Below are positions 31,041 to 41,433 of a DNA stretch of 64,000 nt, one piece after another. Position 1 is the first letter of the stretch, and each line of letters opens with the position of its first letter. The notes beneath the pieces were generated by a model that had not been told where the DNA came from, searched no databases, and saw nothing but the letters and a program-made list of their open reading frames with translations. The position numbers were made by a program, and so were the translations under genes. The DNA is from Candidatus Poribacteria bacterium (GTDB lineage: Bacteria; Poribacteria; WGA-4E; PCPOR2b), in NCBI GenBank assembly GCA_965208675.1, contig OZ242351.1, forward strand, positions 4,608,001 through 4,672,000. The letters run 5' to 3'.

Positions 31041-32201
31041 TTATGCTGCCTGTCTTTGATTTCTTACATGCCAGGCATGTAAAATCGGACTCGCGACAAA
31101 GATTGATGAATAAGTACCAACAAGGACCCCAACAATCAGGGCGAACGCAAACGTATTGATTTCCTCACCAGGACTTGATAGGGTAAAAATTGTAAGGACG
31201 ACAAAGAACGTCGTCAATGAAGTAATAATGGTACGGCTCAAGGATTGGTTTATGCTTTGGTTGATAATATCAACGTAGTCCACGCCTTTAAACAAGTTCG
31301 TGTTCTCACGGATGCGGTCAAAGACGACGATTGTATCATTAAGAGAGTAACCGATGATTGTCAGAAATGCCGCCACCGTCGGCAAATTTATTTCTTTCAC
31401 CAACAACGAAAAGATTCCTAATGTAATCAATACATCGTGGATGAGAGCCGCAATCGCACCGACAGCAAACCGAAATTCAAACCGCCATGAGATGTACAAT
31501 AGCAGAATTACAATTGACGATAAGATTGACCACAAAGCCGCCCATTTGAGATCTTTCCCGACGCTCGGCCCCACCTCAGAGACGTTGACACCTTGCGGCA
31601 GTGCGTGCCAATCGGAATCTCCCCGCAACAAAGCATCCGAGAGTGTGCGTCCGGCGCTTGATTGCATCTGCACAATAGCAGCCGAGGTAAAGTCCACACT
31701 TGCCGGCTTTACGAGTTCAAACGTAATCGTACCATCTTGCTCTACAATTTCACGAATTTCATTTTTCGTACGTTCATCACCCTCAACGATTTGTATAACA
31801 TCGCCGGGTTGAAAAAGATGAACATATTGCGCCGCAGGGCGGATTGGAAGGCTTGCCGCTGTAGCATCGCCAGGATCTGAAGCCAAACCTGCACTAATTT
31901 TTTGGTCTTCAAATTCTGGCTGGTATCTAATGTCTATTGAAGCTTCCTGTTTGGCTGGATCCTCCTGAATCTTGGGGCGGTCATAGCCAAGTTGCGCCAA
32001 TTTAGGTTTGAGTTCCTTCTCCGTAACGGGGCGGTTAAATTTCGCACGAATTTTGACACCACCGCGGAAGTCAATTCCAAAATTGGGGCCTTTGTGAATT
32101 CCTAGTGATATCAATCCGACTATAATGAGGGCCGCGGATAAAAAGAAACCCATCTTTCTTTTTCCAAGAAAATTGATATTTGTATTTCTGATTAGTTCCA
32201 A
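31041..32201 (-). CDS. secF: Protein translocase subunit SecF
   Basis: GIDFRGG, VGPSVG, HDVLIT, GYSLNDTIVVFDRIREN, GTYSSIFVA. Confidence 0.97.
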   Translation of the reverse strand: MELIRNTNINFLGKRKMGFFLSAALIIVGLISLGIHKGPNFGIDFRGGVKIRAKFNRPVTEKELKPKLAQLGYDRPKIQEDPAKQEASIDIRYQPEFEDQKISAGLASDPGDATAASLPIRPAAQYVHLFQPGDVIQIVEGDERTKNEIREIVEQDGTITFELVKPASVDFTSAAIVQMQSSAGRTLSDALLRGDSDWHALPQGVNVSEVGPSVGKDLKWAALWSILSSIVILLLYISWRFEFRFAVGAIAALIHDVLITLGIFSLLVKEINLPTVAAFLTIIGYSLNDTIVVFDRIRENTNLFKGVDYVDIINQSINQSLSRTIITSLTTFFVVLTIFTLSSPGEEINTFAFALIVGVLVGTYSSIFVASPILHAWHVRNQRQAA

Positions 32202-32273
32202 CCCATTGTCTCCTTGCTAATTTGGTGTCAGGTGTTAAGGTATAAGTAGTGAAAGGCGGTTCGGCGCAATGGC

Positions 32274-34241
32274 TCAAATGCTCAATTTCTTTACATCGCG
32301 GCGCCCGATGGTCCAACCGTAAATTTCGCGCGTTAAGATAATAGCCGTAAACATACTCGCGAGGATTCCAATCCCTAATGTGACCGCAAATCCCCTGATT
32401 GGGCCTGTTCCAAAATGGTACAGCACCAACGCGACAGCCAACGTGGTAACATTTGCGTCAAGTATTGTCCAAAAAGCCCGTTGGTATCCACTCACAATTG
32501 CTGACCATACGGTTTTGCCGGTACGCAACTCCTCGCGGATGCGTTCGAAAATGAGGACATTCGCGTCAACAGCTATACCGATTGTCAGGACAAGTCCGGC
32601 AAGCCCGGGCAGTGTTAAAGCCGCACCGAATCCCGCAAGCGCGCCCAAAATGACTATCATGTTAAACACAAGCGCGACAATTGCAATTAAACCTGACAGT
32701 TTATAATAAATCACCATGAAGACAAGGACACATGCCATACCGATGACTGCGGCTTTAATCCCGTTTTCAATGGCTTCCCTTCCGAGCGTTGGCCCCACGG
32801 TACGTTCTTCGGCAATTTTTACACCGGTTGGAAAGGCTCCGGCTTTGAGGATATTTGCCAGGTAATTCGCTTCCTCAAAAGTAAAATTACCTTGAATCTG
32901 CGCTCCCCCCACAATTTTGTCCTTAATGACCGGCGCAGATTGAATTTTTCCGTCAAGCAGGATAGCTAGATGTTCCCCGATATGTTCTCCAGTAATTTCA
33001 GCGAATCTGCGTCGGCCTTGGGAATCGAAATTCATAGACACCACAATATCAAATTGTGTTTGCCCTGGCGACGGGTCAGCACTGGTGATTCTATCTCCAG
33101 TCAGCAATATTGGACGTTCTAAAACATACCAGTCCCCCGTCTCGTAGTGGTATCGAATTTCGGTGTTTTCAGTGAGATTGTCCGGCGGCGGGACATGCGG
33201 CGGACCTGACCAAAAGTTGCCGCCAGCCGGATTCTTCGCGACCAGTTTGAATTCTAAGCGTCCCATGGTTTTTACGATCCGCAGGGGTCTGGAGGAATCT
33301 TTTGCACCCGGCAATTCAACAATTATTCGCGGCCGGTTGGCTTCCGGCCGGATGGAAGGTTCAGCGACGCCGAACGCATCGACGCGGTTTCGCAAGACGA
33401 TTAATACCTGTTCGATAGCTTGTTCACTGTACTTTTCGATGCCGGAATCACTTAGGTAAATTCGATAAATGCCCTGCGTATCAGTTTGGGAAACTTCTAT
33501 CGCGTCATCGAAAAACTCTTCTTCGTTAAGTATCGTCTCTACCTTTTCCATATATTCTTGCTTTTGACTCGCGTCAGATCTGTATCTAGATGGAATTCCA
33601 ACAATCACTTCCAATCCCTTTGATCCATCCTCCTGCTCCACTACCCTTAAATCCTCACTTCTGCATAAGATGTTTTTGTCTTGCTCTCGCATGCGCTCAG
33701 GAATCGAGGTGATGCGTTCTCTGAGCAGTTCGTTTTTCGATTCTTCGAGATCCACTTCGAGAACGAGGTGGACACCGCCTTTCAGGTCCAACCCGAGTTT
33801 TAGGCGATTGTCCGGTATCAGTCGGCGCACGATTGTCGGGATACGGCCGTAAAGGTGTAGATTCGCCAAGATTGCCGCCAGTTCTGATTCGTTCTTTTCC
33901 TCGGTGAATCTGACCAAAAACTCGCGATTTCCCGTGGTATCAAATTCATATCCAGCACCTTCCTCCAAGCCTTGATTGCCCAATTGTGCCCGCAATATAT
34001 CCGAAAGTTCAGTCACGGCATCGTTGAAATTGATTCCTTCAGGGTATTGAATATCTTGCAGATTAACTTTTAACGCACCATCTTCGGTTGTTTCAAAGTC
34101 GGGGAATTTCTCTTGCATCCAGAGGGAAAGATTTCCGTATAGCGGGTGGTAAAGGGAATCTGGGGTGGGAATAAGATACAACGCTGAAAACACAAATACA
34201 GCCATTATTAAAACGAGCTTCCATACATTAAACCTGTACAT
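32274..34241 (-). CDS. secD: Protein translocase subunit SecD
   Basis: LGLDLKGG, RVDAFGVAEP, VGPTLG, AVDANVLIFERIREE. Confidence 0.97.
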   Translation of the reverse strand: MYRFNVWKLVLIMAVFVFSALYLIPTPDSLYHPLYGNLSLWMQEKFPDFETTEDGALKVNLQDIQYPEGINFNDAVTELSDILRAQLGNQGLEEGAGYEFDTTGNREFLVRFTEEKNESELAAILANLHLYGRIPTIVRRLIPDNRLKLGLDLKGGVHLVLEVDLEESKNELLRERITSIPERMREQDKNILCRSEDLRVVEQEDGSKGLEVIVGIPSRYRSDASQKQEYMEKVETILNEEEFFDDAIEVSQTDTQGIYRIYLSDSGIEKYSEQAIEQVLIVLRNRVDAFGVAEPSIRPEANRPRIIVELPGAKDSSRPLRIVKTMGRLEFKLVAKNPAGGNFWSGPPHVPPPDNLTENTEIRYHYETGDWYVLERPILLTGDRITSADPSPGQTQFDIVVSMNFDSQGRRRFAEITGEHIGEHLAILLDGKIQSAPVIKDKIVGGAQIQGNFTFEEANYLANILKAGAFPTGVKIAEERTVGPTLGREAIENGIKAAVIGMACVLVFMVIYYKLSGLIAIVALVFNMIVILGALAGFGAALTLPGLAGLVLTIGIAVDANVLIFERIREELRTGKTVWSAIVSGYQRAFWTILDANVTTLAVALVLYHFGTGPIRGFAVTLGIGILASMFTAIILTREIYGWTIGRRDVKKLSI

Positions 34242-34262
34242 CCATTTCTCCTAGACTAAAGA

Positions 34263-34338
34263 TGGTGCGCCTGGGAGGATTCGAACCCCCGACACGAGGC
34301 TTAGGAAGCCTCTGCTCTATCCCCTGAGCTACAGGCGC
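34263..34338 (-). tRNA. tRNA-Arg (CCT)
   Basis: Minus strand GCGCCTG-TAGCTCAGGGGATAGAGC-A-GAGGC-TTCCTAA-GCCTC...GTTCGAATCC...CAGGCGC-ACCA; 76 nt with encoded CCA. Confidence 0.97.
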
Positions 34339-34398
34339 GGACTTGCTGCGTCGCACCCAAAAAATCCATTTAAGCGTATAAGTATAGCATATCGGATG

Positions 34399-34914
34399 TT
34401 AAAATTCAATTAGAGAAAAAATATTGTAATCTGAGAATTTCTCACGACCTTTTAGAAAGGTAAGTTCAATTAATACGGGAATCCCAATTACGCGCCCCTC
34501 TAGTTTTTCAACGAGTTCAATGGAAGCCGCTATTGTACCGCCCGTTGCAATAACGTCATCGCAAACTAACACACGGCTCCCAGCCGGAAGTGCATCTTGG
34601 TGAATTGTCAGCGTATCAGTGCCGTACTCTAAGTCGTAATCAGCCTCGTAGGTATCAAAAGGTAGTTTGCCCTTCTTGCGGATGGGGACGAAACCGACGC
34701 CCAATTGAATTGCTAATGCGCCGCCGAGAATAAATCCACGTGCGTCAATACCAACAACAACGTCAACCCCGGCCGGTTGGTAATTAGAAGCCATCGCATG
34801 AATTGCATCACGAAACACAATACTGTTGTTAAGCAGCGGCGTGATATCTTTGAAGACGATACCCGGTTCGGGGAAATCGGGAATATCGCGGATAAACTTA
34901 GTAAAATCGGTCAT
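34399..34914 (-). CDS. apt: Adenine phosphoribosyltransferase
   Basis: IPDFPEPGIVFKDITPLL, ARGF, YDLEYG, VCDDVIATGGT. Confidence 0.96.
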   Translation of the reverse strand: MTDFTKFIRDIPDFPEPGIVFKDITPLLNNSIVFRDAIHAMASNYQPAGVDVVVGIDARGFILGGALAIQLGVGFVPIRKKGKLPFDTYEADYDLEYGTDTLTIHQDALPAGSRVLVCDDVIATGGTIAASIELVEKLEGRVIGIPVLIELTFLKGREKFSDYNIFSLIEF

Positions 34915-34940
34915 GAAATTACTCCAATTTAGATGTGCGC

Positions 34941-35819
34941 TTATTCGAATGGAGATTGGCGGTGGTTCTTTTTAGGTAATTGCTGAAAAGCCTCGTGGGA
35001 CTGTTGGACAATGTGTGCGATGTCATCACGTGCGCCGGAAGGGTGTTCTCCGAAATTCCGATTCATATGAATAAGGTATTCGATATTACCTGCGGGACCT
35101 TGAATTGGCGAATAGGTGAGACCCATAACGGACCAATTTATCTCATGCGCAAATTTGGTAATCTCCTGTAGCACCTGCTCATGAATATGGGGATGGCGCA
35201 CAACGCCTCCCTTGCCCACATGTTTGCGTCCGGCTTCGAACTGCGGTTTTACGAGTGCAATAATGTCCCCTGCGGGTTCGACAATCCGGCTAACAACCGG
35301 CAACACTTTCCGGAGTGAAATAAATGCGACATCTATGACGCCAATTTCGACCGGTTGATCGAATAGATTCAGGTCTATGGTACGGATATTGGTTCGCTCT
35401 ATGGGACGAACGCGTGAATTTGTACGAAGACGCCACGCCAGTTCGCCGTAACCCACATCTACCGCGTACACAAATTTTGCTCCGTGCTGGAGCAGACAGT
35501 CCGTAAAACCGCCGGTTGATGCCCCGACATCGACGGCTATTTTGTCATGTACATTCGCCCGGAACACTTGCAACGCTTTTTCCAACTTTAACCCGCCCCG
35601 ACTCACGTACCGCAACTTTTGTTTGACATCAATGGTTGCTCCGACGGGTATTAGGCGCCCCGGTTTGTGCTGCGGTTCACCTTGGACGAGCACTTGTCCT
35701 GCAAGTATTAGCTGTTTTGCCCGCTCTCTACTTTCAGCTAGTCCCCGTTCAACAACTGACATATCAAGGCGCTTTTTCCGAGGACCCCAGCTTGTTGAAG
35801 ATTGCGGCGTTTCCACCAT
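34941..35819 (-). CDS. tlyA: TlyA family rRNA methyltransferase
   Basis: S4 domain, YVSRGGLKL, DVGASTGGFTD, LVKPQFE, GNIEY; start uncertain. Confidence 0.93.
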   Translation of the reverse strand: MVETPQSSTSWGPRKKRLDMSVVERGLAESRERAKQLILAGQVLVQGEPQHKPGRLIPVGATIDVKQKLRYVSRGGLKLEKALQVFRANVHDKIAVDVGASTGGFTDCLLQHGAKFVYAVDVGYGELAWRLRTNSRVRPIERTNIRTIDLNLFDQPVEIGVIDVAFISLRKVLPVVSRIVEPAGDIIALVKPQFEAGRKHVGKGGVVRHPHIHEQVLQEITKFAHEINWSVMGLTYSPIQGPAGNIEYLIHMNRNFGEHPSGARDDIAHIVQQSHEAFQQLPKKNHRQSPFE

Positions 35820-35966
35820 CCGACCCACTCCTGAAAGTAACACGTAAACTCATTCGCCGAATTGCAAGTGTATCATGGTGCGCGGCGGATTTGAAGGTTT
35901 GAATTTGTACGGTTCAGCGTGTGCCCGCTTTTACTGCAATCCACGACATCCGGTGCAATGCCTGTT

Positions 35967-37826
35967 CTACCGGGCTTTGACAAGTTTTGATCCTTCACGG
36001 ACGATGGCATCCGCGTCGCAGCCGCAGAGGTGATATAGCGCATTCACATCGCCGTGATCGATGAACTGATCTGGAATCCCGAGCCGTTTTACCTGAACTT
36101 TCGTTAAACCGCTGTCAGCGAACATCTCTAATATTGCACTTCCGAACCCGCCCACCAACACCCCGTCTTCAACCGTGATGACCTTTCCGATTCGCTCGGC
36201 TAACGGCAGGATTAGTCCTTCGTCCAGAGGCCTGACGAATCGGGCGTTTACGACAGCCGCAGATATTCCCGCATCTTCCATAGTATCAGCCGCCTCCAAA
36301 GCGGGATGGACGCGATTACCAATTGCCAAAATGAGTAGATTGTCCCCATGACGAAGGATTTCCCCTTTGCCGACGGGGATGGGCTGCGGTTGGTTAGCCA
36401 TTGGTACGCCGACCCCCGTTCCACGCGGATAGCGCAATGCAATGGGGCCTTTTTCATATTCGATTGCGGTTTTGACCATGTGCTGCAACTCGTCCTCATC
36501 TTTCGGCGCCATGACGACCATATTGGGAAGGTGGCGGAGATATGCGAAGTCAAAAACGCCGTGGTGGGTCGGACCGTCGGCACCGACAAGTCCGGCACGA
36601 TCCAATGCGAATATGACGGGAAGATTCTGCACACAAACATCGTGAACTAGCTGGTCATAGCCTCGCTGCAGGAATGTTGAGTAGATAGCCACGACCGGTT
36701 TTACATCTTGGGTTGCTAACCCCGCGGCGAAGGTAACAGCACACTGTTCAGCCAATCCAACATCGAAGAAACGCTTTGGGAAAACTTCCTGAAATTTTTC
36801 CAGACCGGTACCGGTTGGCATTGCTGCGGTTATTCCCACAATTCTCGAATCGTCACAAGCGAGCTTTATTAGCGTGTTGCTGAAAACATCGGTATATTTC
36901 GGGTGCAAAGATTTCGAGCCTAACGACTTTCCGGTTTCGAGATCAAATTTGCCGCTTACGCTATAGAATGAGACCGGATCGGCCTCGGCGGGACGATAAC
37001 CCTTGCCCTTTTTGGTGACCGCATGGACGAATATCGGCTCTTGCATATCCTTGACACGTCCAAGCATTTCCAGCAACGATTCGAGATTATGTCCATCAAT
37101 GGGCCCGAAATAGCGGAAACCGAATTCCTCGAATAGCGTGCCGGGTTTAAGCGCTGCCTCGATTTTGCTGGCAACTTGTTTGGCTTCCGGCGAGATGAGA
37201 TTGATGAGTTCCTTTGCCCTTTCTCGAAACACGTTGTAGGTCGGACTCGCCACGATGCGATTGAAATATTTCGAAAACGCTCCGACTGTCTCGGAAATCG
37301 ACATTTGATTATCGTTGAGTACGACGATGATGTCTTTTTTGAAATCACCAATCGCATTTAGACCTTCAAATGCCAAACCACCTGTCAGCCCTCCATCTCC
37401 GACTACCGCGACAACCTTGTAATCTTCATTGTGAACTTCACGCGCTGTGGCGACACCTAACGCAGCCGCAAGCGACGTGCTGGAATGTCCGGCGCCGAAG
37501 ACATCGTACTGACTCTCGGCACGGCTGAGGAAGCCGCTAATGCCGCCATACTGCCGAAGGGTAGGGAACCGATTGCGGCGTCCGGTCAACAGCTTGTGTG
37601 GATAGGCTTGGTGTCCAATATCCCAAATTACTTTATCGTGCGGGGTGTCGAAGACATAGTGCAGCGCGATTGCAAGCTCAATGGTGCCAAAATTCGGCGC
37701 AAAATGCCCCGGATGTTCCGATAGAACCGACAGAAGATATTGGCGCATGTCTTCGGCTAGCTCTTTCAGTTCATGAAGATTTAAGGATTTCAAATCAGCC
37801 GGACTATCAATGCTTTCTAACCGCAT
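35967..37826 (-). CDS. dxs: 1-deoxy-D-xylulose-5-phosphate synthase
   Basis: WDIGHQAYPHK, GHSSTS, GDGGLTGG..E, DRAGLVGADGPTHHG. Confidence 0.97.
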   Translation of the reverse strand: MRLESIDSPADLKSLNLHELKELAEDMRQYLLSVLSEHPGHFAPNFGTIELAIALHYVFDTPHDKVIWDIGHQAYPHKLLTGRRNRFPTLRQYGGISGFLSRAESQYDVFGAGHSSTSLAAALGVATAREVHNEDYKVVAVVGDGGLTGGLAFEGLNAIGDFKKDIIVVLNDNQMSISETVGAFSKYFNRIVASPTYNVFRERAKELINLISPEAKQVASKIEAALKPGTLFEEFGFRYFGPIDGHNLESLLEMLGRVKDMQEPIFVHAVTKKGKGYRPAEADPVSFYSVSGKFDLETGKSLGSKSLHPKYTDVFSNTLIKLACDDSRIVGITAAMPTGTGLEKFQEVFPKRFFDVGLAEQCAVTFAAGLATQDVKPVVAIYSTFLQRGYDQLVHDVCVQNLPVIFALDRAGLVGADGPTHHGVFDFAYLRHLPNMVVMAPKDEDELQHMVKTAIEYEKGPIALRYPRGTGVGVPMANQPQPIPVGKGEILRHGDNLLILAIGNRVHPALEAADTMEDAGISAAVVNARFVRPLDEGLILPLAERIGKVITVEDGVLVGGFGSAILEMFADSGLTKVQVKRLGIPDQFIDHGDVNALYHLCGCDADAIVREGSKLVKAR

Positions 37827-37922
37827 CGCTCAACTCCCTGTAGATTCGGCGAACCGATGATTTACCCTCTCTGAATTTTCCTTAACGCAGAACGACTATT
37901 TGCCATAAAAAAGCCCTTGACT

Positions 37923-38165
37923 TTATGTATCGTCGTCCTCTGTGTCAAACGGCTCTGTCGAAAGATTTTTATCGTCTAGCTCAACTAACTGTTGAACGCG
38001 AAGTTCTGCGTTGTCAAGTTTTTGGCGACAAATGCGTGTTAGCCGGATGCCCTCCTCAAAGGCTTGCAGGGATTCGTCCAGCGTTAATGAATCTCCGCGT
38101 TCCAATTGGGTAACCACTTGCTCCAATTTCGCCAAAGTTTCCTCAAAGCTCAACTCTTCAGCCAT
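37923..38165 (-). CDS. xseB: Exodeoxyribonuclease VII small subunit
   Basis: SFEETLAKLEQVV..LE...LTLDESLQAFEEG. Confidence 0.93.
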   Translation of the reverse strand: MAEELSFEETLAKLEQVVTQLERGDSLTLDESLQAFEEGIRLTRICRQKLDNAELRVQQLVELDDKNLSTEPFDTEDDDT

Positions 38166-39531
38166 CAATCTCTCCTTTTAAAATTTCACATGCCAACCAC
38201 CCGCGCAATAGTTGGACTTCGACCTCCTCACCGGCGTTAACTGCGGCGGCATCCGTGATTGCCTTTCCGCTTAAATCCTTGCAAACACTATAGCCTCGCG
38301 CCAGGGTGCCCAGTGGACTCAGTGAATTCAGTCGGGTTGATGCCATCTGCCAGTTCTGTTTTTTTGCAAATAAATTTTGCCGTATATGCATCTGATGACT
38401 CTGACTCAATTGATCTAGCCGATTGCTCAGCGTTTGGATTTCGGACATCGGATTCAGATGCATCAGTTTAGTATTTAGCGTATCAAGTTGCTGGCGCGAA
38501 TACCCCAAGCGCTGCGTCGATGCTCGTTGGGCGCGGAGTTCAAGCTGATCAATCATCTGCTGATGACGGTTGAGCCTGTCAACTTGGCGTACCGGTGAAA
38601 TGCGGTTTCTGGCGGCAAGCCACCCGGCTTTTGCCGACTCGATGCGTACGGCGATGCTCCGCTTTAAGCGCGATTCAAATTCAGCCATCCGTCCCCGAAG
38701 TTCCTGTGCGTCCGGGACGGTAAGTTCAATTGCGGCGGACGGTGTTGGCGCGCGCTCGTCTGAGACAAAATCCGCAATCGTAAAGTCGGTTTCATGCCCT
38801 ATAGCAGATACTATCGGGATACGCGAGGCAAAAATGGCACGAGCGACAATTTCTTCGTTGAAAGCCCACAAATCCTCAATGGATCCGCCGCCGCGCCCGA
38901 CGATTAGGAGATCGATATCAGGCAAGCGATTCATACAATCAATGGCGTGGGCAATCTCGCCTGCGGCATCTTCGCCTTGAACCAGTGTTGGAAATAGGAG
39001 TACATTCACTAACGGGTAACGTTTTTGCAGCATACGAAACATATCGCGGATTGCCGCTCCTGTTGCGGATGTGATGATGCCAATTTTTTTAGGGAATCTC
39101 GGCAGCGGTTTTTTGTGCGCCGCATCAAATAGACCTTCCGCGGCGAGTGCTTCCTTGAGGCGCTCGAAAGCCAACTGCAATGCGCCGACTCCAGCGGGTT
39201 CCGCCCAATCTGCGATGATTTGATATTCGCTGCGCACATCATAAATGCTTAGTTTTCCGTGCAGGCGCACGGCGTCTCCATCTTTCATCGAGAATTTTAA
39301 GCGCGATGCGGCGGAGCGAAAGATAGCACATCGAATTTGGCTGTGGTCGTCCTTGAGCGTAAAGTAGATATGCCCGGAAGCGGGGCAGGCTAGGTTTGAA
39401 ATTTCACCCTCAATCCAAAGGTCCTGCAATCTCGGTTCGGATTCCAAAAGTTGGCGGAAGACCCGTGTTATTTCGTGTACGCTGTAAACTTTAGTTGTGG
39501 GATCCATAGAGACGGTTTTCATAGTATTCAT
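38158..39531 (-). CDS. xseA: Exodeoxyribonuclease VII large subunit
   Basis: GEISN, SGHIYFTLKD, RGGGSIEDLWAFN, GHETDFT, TPSAA. Confidence 0.96.
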   Translation of the reverse strand: MNTMKTVSMDPTTKVYSVHEITRVFRQLLESEPRLQDLWIEGEISNLACPASGHIYFTLKDDHSQIRCAIFRSAASRLKFSMKDGDAVRLHGKLSIYDVRSEYQIIADWAEPAGVGALQLAFERLKEALAAEGLFDAAHKKPLPRFPKKIGIITSATGAAIRDMFRMLQKRYPLVNVLLFPTLVQGEDAAGEIAHAIDCMNRLPDIDLLIVGRGGGSIEDLWAFNEEIVARAIFASRIPIVSAIGHETDFTIADFVSDERAPTPSAAIELTVPDAQELRGRMAEFESRLKRSIAVRIESAKAGWLAARNRISPVRQVDRLNRHQQMIDQLELRAQRASTQRLGYSRQQLDTLNTKLMHLNPMSEIQTLSNRLDQLSQSHQMHIRQNLFAKKQNWQMASTRLNSLSPLGTLARGYSVCKDLSGKAITDAAAVNAGEEVEVQLLRGWLACEILKGEIDG

Positions 39532-39660
39532 GTACCGTGACTATCATTGTGAGGTTCGCTTGAAACATAACCCCTATTTCTAAAAGCCTGTTTGGATTTA
39601 TAGGTGACAAAGCCATTCTTGGGCGTTTGAATTGCAACAACCGGCGGATCTTCTATGCCA

Positions 39661-39726
39661 CGGGATTTACTGTCGCCTTCGTTGTTTGCTCAGTTGATTC
39701 TATTCAGTCGCTTGATCCCCGCCTAC
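39661..39726 (-). repeat. GTAGGCGGG-family palindrome carrying two nested GATCAA elements
   Basis: Minus strand gtaggcggg-gatcaagcgactgaatag-aatcaactgagcaaacaacgaaggcgacagt-aaatcccg. Confidence 0.75.
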
Positions 39727-39769
39727 AAGGTGAGGCGACACACTGTAAAACTGTATTTTCAAACAGTTT

Positions 39770-40564
39770 CTAAGCGATTTTGTTAAACGGGCGGCGAATC
39801 CGTTGGATCGAGATTGCCTTTCCGGTTTTTTCATCAAGCTCGACTACAACGGCGCAAAGAAGTACATCGTCATCAGCGACCTTATGGCGAACTGGCAGCA
39901 TGGTCAGAAAACGGCGGAGGACAATGTCTTTTTTCATACCGATAACTGAGTCGTGGGGACCTGTCATACCGACATCTGTGATATAAGCGGTACCTTGGGG
40001 CAGAACTCGCTCGTCGGCGGTCTGCACATGCGTATGTGTGCCAATAATGGCACTTACCTTCCCATCGGCATACCATCCCATTGCGATTTTCTCAGATGTT
40101 GCTTCCGCGTGGAAATCCAAAATAACTAATTTTGTCAGTGCACAAATTGTCGGAAGGATGGAATCCAGCGTGTGAAAAGGATTCTCGTAATTCTCCATAT
40201 AAACTTGCCCGGCGATATTGATTACACCGATTTCCACCCCCGCATTAGTGGCGGCGACGATGCTACCGCGGCCGGGCGTGTTTTTCGGGAAATTCGCCGG
40301 GCGAATGAGATTTGGCACGGTATCAATAAACTCAAAAACTTCCCGCTGCGCCCAAACGTGATTTCCAGTTGTAATCACGTCAACGCCCCACTCCAATAGT
40401 TCATCAACAATTGCTCGAGTTACTCCTTTACCTCCGGCGGCGTTTTCAGCGTTGGCTATTACAGCGTCGAATGGGCCATGACTTTGAGATAGACTAGGCA
40501 TGAGCGCCAGGGCGGCTTCCCGCCCAGGACGCCCAACAATATCGCCAATGAATAGGATTTTCAA
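39770..40564 (-). CDS. ymdB: YmdB-like metallophosphoesterase
   Basis: GDIVGRPG, NAENAAGG, TGNH, DFHAEATSEK, GTHTHVQTAD. Confidence 0.93.
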   Translation of the reverse strand: MKILFIGDIVGRPGREAALALMPSLSQSHGPFDAVIANAENAAGGKGVTRAIVDELLEWGVDVITTGNHVWAQREVFEFIDTVPNLIRPANFPKNTPGRGSIVAATNAGVEIGVINIAGQVYMENYENPFHTLDSILPTICALTKLVILDFHAEATSEKIAMGWYADGKVSAIIGTHTHVQTADERVLPQGTAYITDVGMTGPHDSVIGMKKDIVLRRFLTMLPVRHKVADDDVLLCAVVVELDEKTGKAISIQRIRRPFNKIA

Positions 40565-40627
40565 TTATTGTCCTGTTCTTTACGTATTTAGTTGACGGAA
40601 GGATCGAAAAAGCGATGCGGTTTGCGG

Positions 40628-41395
40628 TTAGATTGCCGTCCAACCGCCATCGACAACGAGTGTGTGTCCGGTAATCATCCTAGCGGCATCGCTGGCGAGA
40701 TACAGCACCGCAGCGGCAATTTCCTCCGGTTCAGCGAGGCGCCCGATCAGAATTTTTTCAAGCGTCATCTTGCGAAACTTCGGGTTTTGCATTGCTTCTT
40801 CCGCAAGCGGCGTTCGGGTAACGGTGGGCGCGACGGCATTCACGGTAATTTTGTGCGGCGCCCACTCTGCCGCCAAAGCCTTCGTAACTTGACACACCGC
40901 CCCTTTCGCGCCACAGTAAGGGGCGCGCAGGGGGCCTCCCACGATGCCGACCTGTGAACTGATGTTGATAACCCTTCCCTCAACGCCGTGGTCTATCATC
41001 GACTTCGCCGCAACTTGACTCATAAAGAAAGTACCCTTAAAGTTGACATCGACGATGTAGTCGAAATCATCTTCGGTTACTTCAAGGGCGGGTTGGATTT
41101 TGTTGAATCCCGCGTTGTTTACCAGCACATCAACACGCCCAAAGACATCAAGTGTTTTTTGCACGAATTCCCGTATGCTCGACATCTGTGTAACGTCAAG
41201 CTGCCATGCCGCAGCGCGTTGCCCGGCTTGGCGAATCTGCTCCGCTGTTACCTCAACCTCGCACAATGTACGGCTCCCCAAAACTACGTCCGCACCGGCT
41301 CCCCCACAAGCGAGCGCGATCGATTTTCCGATCCCCCGCCCCCCGCCAGTGACAAGAACGACCTTGCCGGTCAAGGAGAGATTGGTCAACCCCAT
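40628..41395 (-). CDS. Short-chain dehydrogenase/reductase
   Basis: TGGGRGIG, NNAG, YCGAK. Confidence 0.9.
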   Translation of the reverse strand: MGLTNLSLTGKVVLVTGGGRGIGKSIALACGGAGADVVLGSRTLCEVEVTAEQIRQAGQRAAAWQLDVTQMSSIREFVQKTLDVFGRVDVLVNNAGFNKIQPALEVTEDDFDYIVDVNFKGTFFMSQVAAKSMIDHGVEGRVINISSQVGIVGGPLRAPYCGAKGAVCQVTKALAAEWAPHKITVNAVAPTVTRTPLAEEAMQNPKFRKMTLEKILIGRLAEPEEIAAAVLYLASDAARMITGHTLVVDGGWTAI

Positions 41396-41433
41396 AGGAT
41401 TATGATCCTTTTCAACCTACTTGGTATCGATGC

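Noticed and set aside
34263-34338. tRNA-Arg as an island integration site
   Set aside because: Flanked directly by apt and secD; no integrase or duplicated 3' end seen.
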